The position numbers and the translations under genes are program-made. Below the pieces are notes generated by a model that had not been told where the DNA came from, searched no databases, and saw only the letters and a list, made by a program, of their open reading frames with translations. From a virus: a stretch of DNA of 64,000 nucleotides. Position 1 is the first letter of the stretch. Each line of letters opens with the position of its first letter. Positions 62,553-64,000 of this stretch are shown here, one piece after another. Location: IMG/VR virus record IMGVR_UViG_3300045988_180675, positions 1 through 64,000 of that record; one strand, given 5' to 3'.

Positions 62553-63002
62553 ATGTTATTTGAAAGAAAAGACATAAAGAAGATTATCGAGATTAGCGAA
62601 AGAATTGCCGACGGGAATAAGTCGTTATCAGCTCAAGATGTCGTAGCGTTTGACTCATTTTATTCAAGCGTTAAGCTTGGTGTTGAGGTGAAGGTTGCAG
62701 AAATTGCCAACGCTTTCTATCCGATCACAAAGCATAAGTTTTTTGAACTAAGAGATTTCTGCATTGTTGACGATATGGTTAATGTTGCTTGTTATGACCT
62801 GGATGTGAATGTGTTTACATTCTCATTTCCAATCAGGATGTTTAACATGAGCAAGAAGGAAATCGAAAGTCACACATTCGACTTATGTCGTCGTCAACTC
62901 AGAAACAAGAAGAAGGAATTAGAAGAAAAAGAAAAAGAAGTAGAAATGCTAAAACAGAAGATTTCTGATTTGGAACAGGTTTGCCAATCTAAAGAATATT
63001 AG
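62553..63002 (+). CDS. hypothetical protein, paralog family E
   Basis: 149 aa with an AAGGGAGAA RBS. Confidence 0.55.
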   Translation: MLFERKDIKKIIEISERIADGNKSLSAQDVVAFDSFYSSVKLGVEVKVAEIANAFYPITKHKFFELRDFCIVDDMVNVACYDLDVNVFTFSFPIRMFNMSKKEIESHTFDLCRRQLRNKKKELEEKEKEVEMLKQKISDLEQVCQSKEY

Positions 63003-63056
63003 AAGAAGAAAAGTGGGCAGCACTTAATAAGGTGTGGTCCACTTTTTGTATAACTT

Positions 63057-63083
63057 GTTTCGAGTAGTTTCGACCTGTTTCAA
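63057..63083 (+). repeat. three direct GTTTCRA repeats at 10-bp spacing upstream of a promoter
   Basis: GTTTCGA at 63057, GTTTCGA at 63067, GTTTCAA at 63077. Confidence 0.5.
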
Positions 63084-63130
63084 GCAAACTATTATTTGCG
63101 TTATACTGTTATATATGCTATAATTTAGTT

Positions 63131-63225
63131 AGTCGATCTACCGAGGGTAGAAACGATCTCGAAAGACGAGCTAAACTAATTTCTGTAGGACGCAGCAGAC
63201 ACGGTAACTCGTCTTTTGCCTTTTT
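63131..63225 (+). ncRNA. candidate ~95-nt structured RNA or leader preceding the repeat array
   Basis: Promoter TTGCGT(63096-63101)-17-TATAAT(63119-63124). CTACC-gag-GGTAG hairpin. Mutually exclusive CTCG/CGAG versus AAGACGAG/CTCGTCTT pairings, followed by a U-rich tract. Confidence 0.35.
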
Positions 63226-63242
63226 AAGTAACAAATTTGGTT

Positions 63243-63414
63243 GGACTAAAATTAGACCAAATTCAGACCAATAGTAGACTAAGCTTAGACTAGGACCAGT
63301 CTAAAATCGGACTAGAATTAGGGCTATTTCAGACCAAGACTAGACCGATACCAAACTAAATCCAGACTGTGATTAGGATGTATTCAGACTACAACTAGAC
63401 CGAAATCAGGACTT
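63243..63414 (+). repeat. phased array of 14 RGACYA-like hexamers (iteron or centromere-like)
   Basis: Hexamer starts at 63243, 63254, 63265, 63276, 63287, 63293, 63309, 63331, 63337, 63342, 63364, 63386, 63397 and 63409. Most spacings are 11 or 22 bp and all copies share one orientation. Confidence 0.7.
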
Positions 63415-63571
63415 ATCATCATCTTGATCGTGAATCATTGTGGATCAACGTAAGAAAACAAAAGAAGCTGATCCAGGAGGAAACAAGAGAGAACAAAAAG
63501 GACCAATGATAAGAAATCAAATAGGAAGCAATAAACGATCACAGGAACAATACAAAGTAGAGATATAAAAG

Positions 63572-63606
63572 AAAAAAGGTGGAAGAACAATGCAGCCACC
63601 TTTTTA
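63572..63606. terminator. hairpin terminator
   Basis: AAGGTGG-13 nt-CCACCTT with an A-run and a T-run. Confidence 0.5.
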
Positions 63607-63701
63607 TATTTTATGTGTGTGCGTTAAGAGATGCTCGCCCAGCCAGAATACAACCATGAAGGCATCCGTAATACAAAAATATACAATATAGCAAAACAAC
63701 C

Positions 63702-63989
63702 CTATAAGGAACTAATATAAGCCACAACCCCATTACGCAACATGGGAACATTATCGCTCATACCAAATAGACAATGATCGCAATTCTCTATAAGACCTTC
63801 TAAAGACAACATATACTTCAATCGTAAAGAGGTAAACAATATAGAACTTGTAAAAATATCCTTAGCAACCACAGAAGGACTTCTTAATGGACCTATATCT
63901 GCCAATACACTCTCTTTAGGTTTTCTATACATCGTAAACTTATCCCCAGGCTTAACAATATAGTTAGTTAGATTCATAATTGGATTCAA
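63702..63989 (-). CDS. hypothetical ORF near the window edge
   Basis: 95-aa ORF with a TTG start (ATG at 63977). No motif recognised. Confidence 0.3.
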   Translation of the reverse strand: MNPIMNLTNYIVKPGDKFTMYRKPKESVLADIGPLRSPSVVAKDIFTSSILFTSLRLKYMLSLEGLIENCDHCLFGMSDNVPMLRNGVVAYISSL

Positions 63990-64000
63990 GTATATATTGG

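Noticed and set aside
63243-63414. Possible CRISPR array.
   Set aside because: The repeat units are only ~6 bp at 11-bp spacing, with no spacers of CRISPR size and no cas genes. No CRISPR-like array is seen anywhere in the window.

Overview
AT-rich (roughly one-third G+C by eye) Bacillota-type accessory DNA. It looks like part of a large plasmid or phage-plasmid-like mobile element rather than core chromosome. About 47 kb of almost uninterrupted minus-strand genes (99..47261) is followed by a mosaic of small divergent and convergent operons (47.7-63 kb). All calls come from motif reading of the supplied translations and the DNA; no database search was possible.

Recognisable content:
- An FCT-type sortase-pilus island (28449..38782): class B sortase, Spy0128/FctA-like major pilin, a catalytically dead SipA-like signal peptidase homolog, and two giant adhesins.
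- Several more wall-anchored or secreted surface proteins with Pro-rich linkers and an unusual I-E-T-G type C-terminal sorting motif.
- An orphan extra SecY next to a lipoprotein with a trigger-factor-like PPIase domain.
- A UvrD/PcrA-type helicase, dUTPase, RNase H, a GIY-YIG nuclease and a MarR-like regulator.
- A solo TnpB-like gene whose zinc finger and third RuvC residue appear lost, followed by a structured non-coding tail.
- About half of the genes are hypothetical and fall into multi-copy paralog families (A to E), arranged as repeated cassettes behind one highly conserved promoter (TTGCTA-AAAAGAA..-TATAAT).

The most striking unexplained signal is a ~0.8 kb ORF-free, GC-enriched locus (24030..24829, minus strand). 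It is bounded by a promoter and a terminator and is packed with perfect hairpins, so I read it as a giant structured ncRNA of the GOLLD/ROOL size class, or a new one.

Other non-coding signals:
- At least six promoter/terminator-bounded small RNA candidates, two of them clear homologs.
- A 172-bp array of 14 same-orientation RGACYA hexamers phased at ~11 bp.
- Two A10 homopolymer tracts placed where slippage would switch surface-protein expression.
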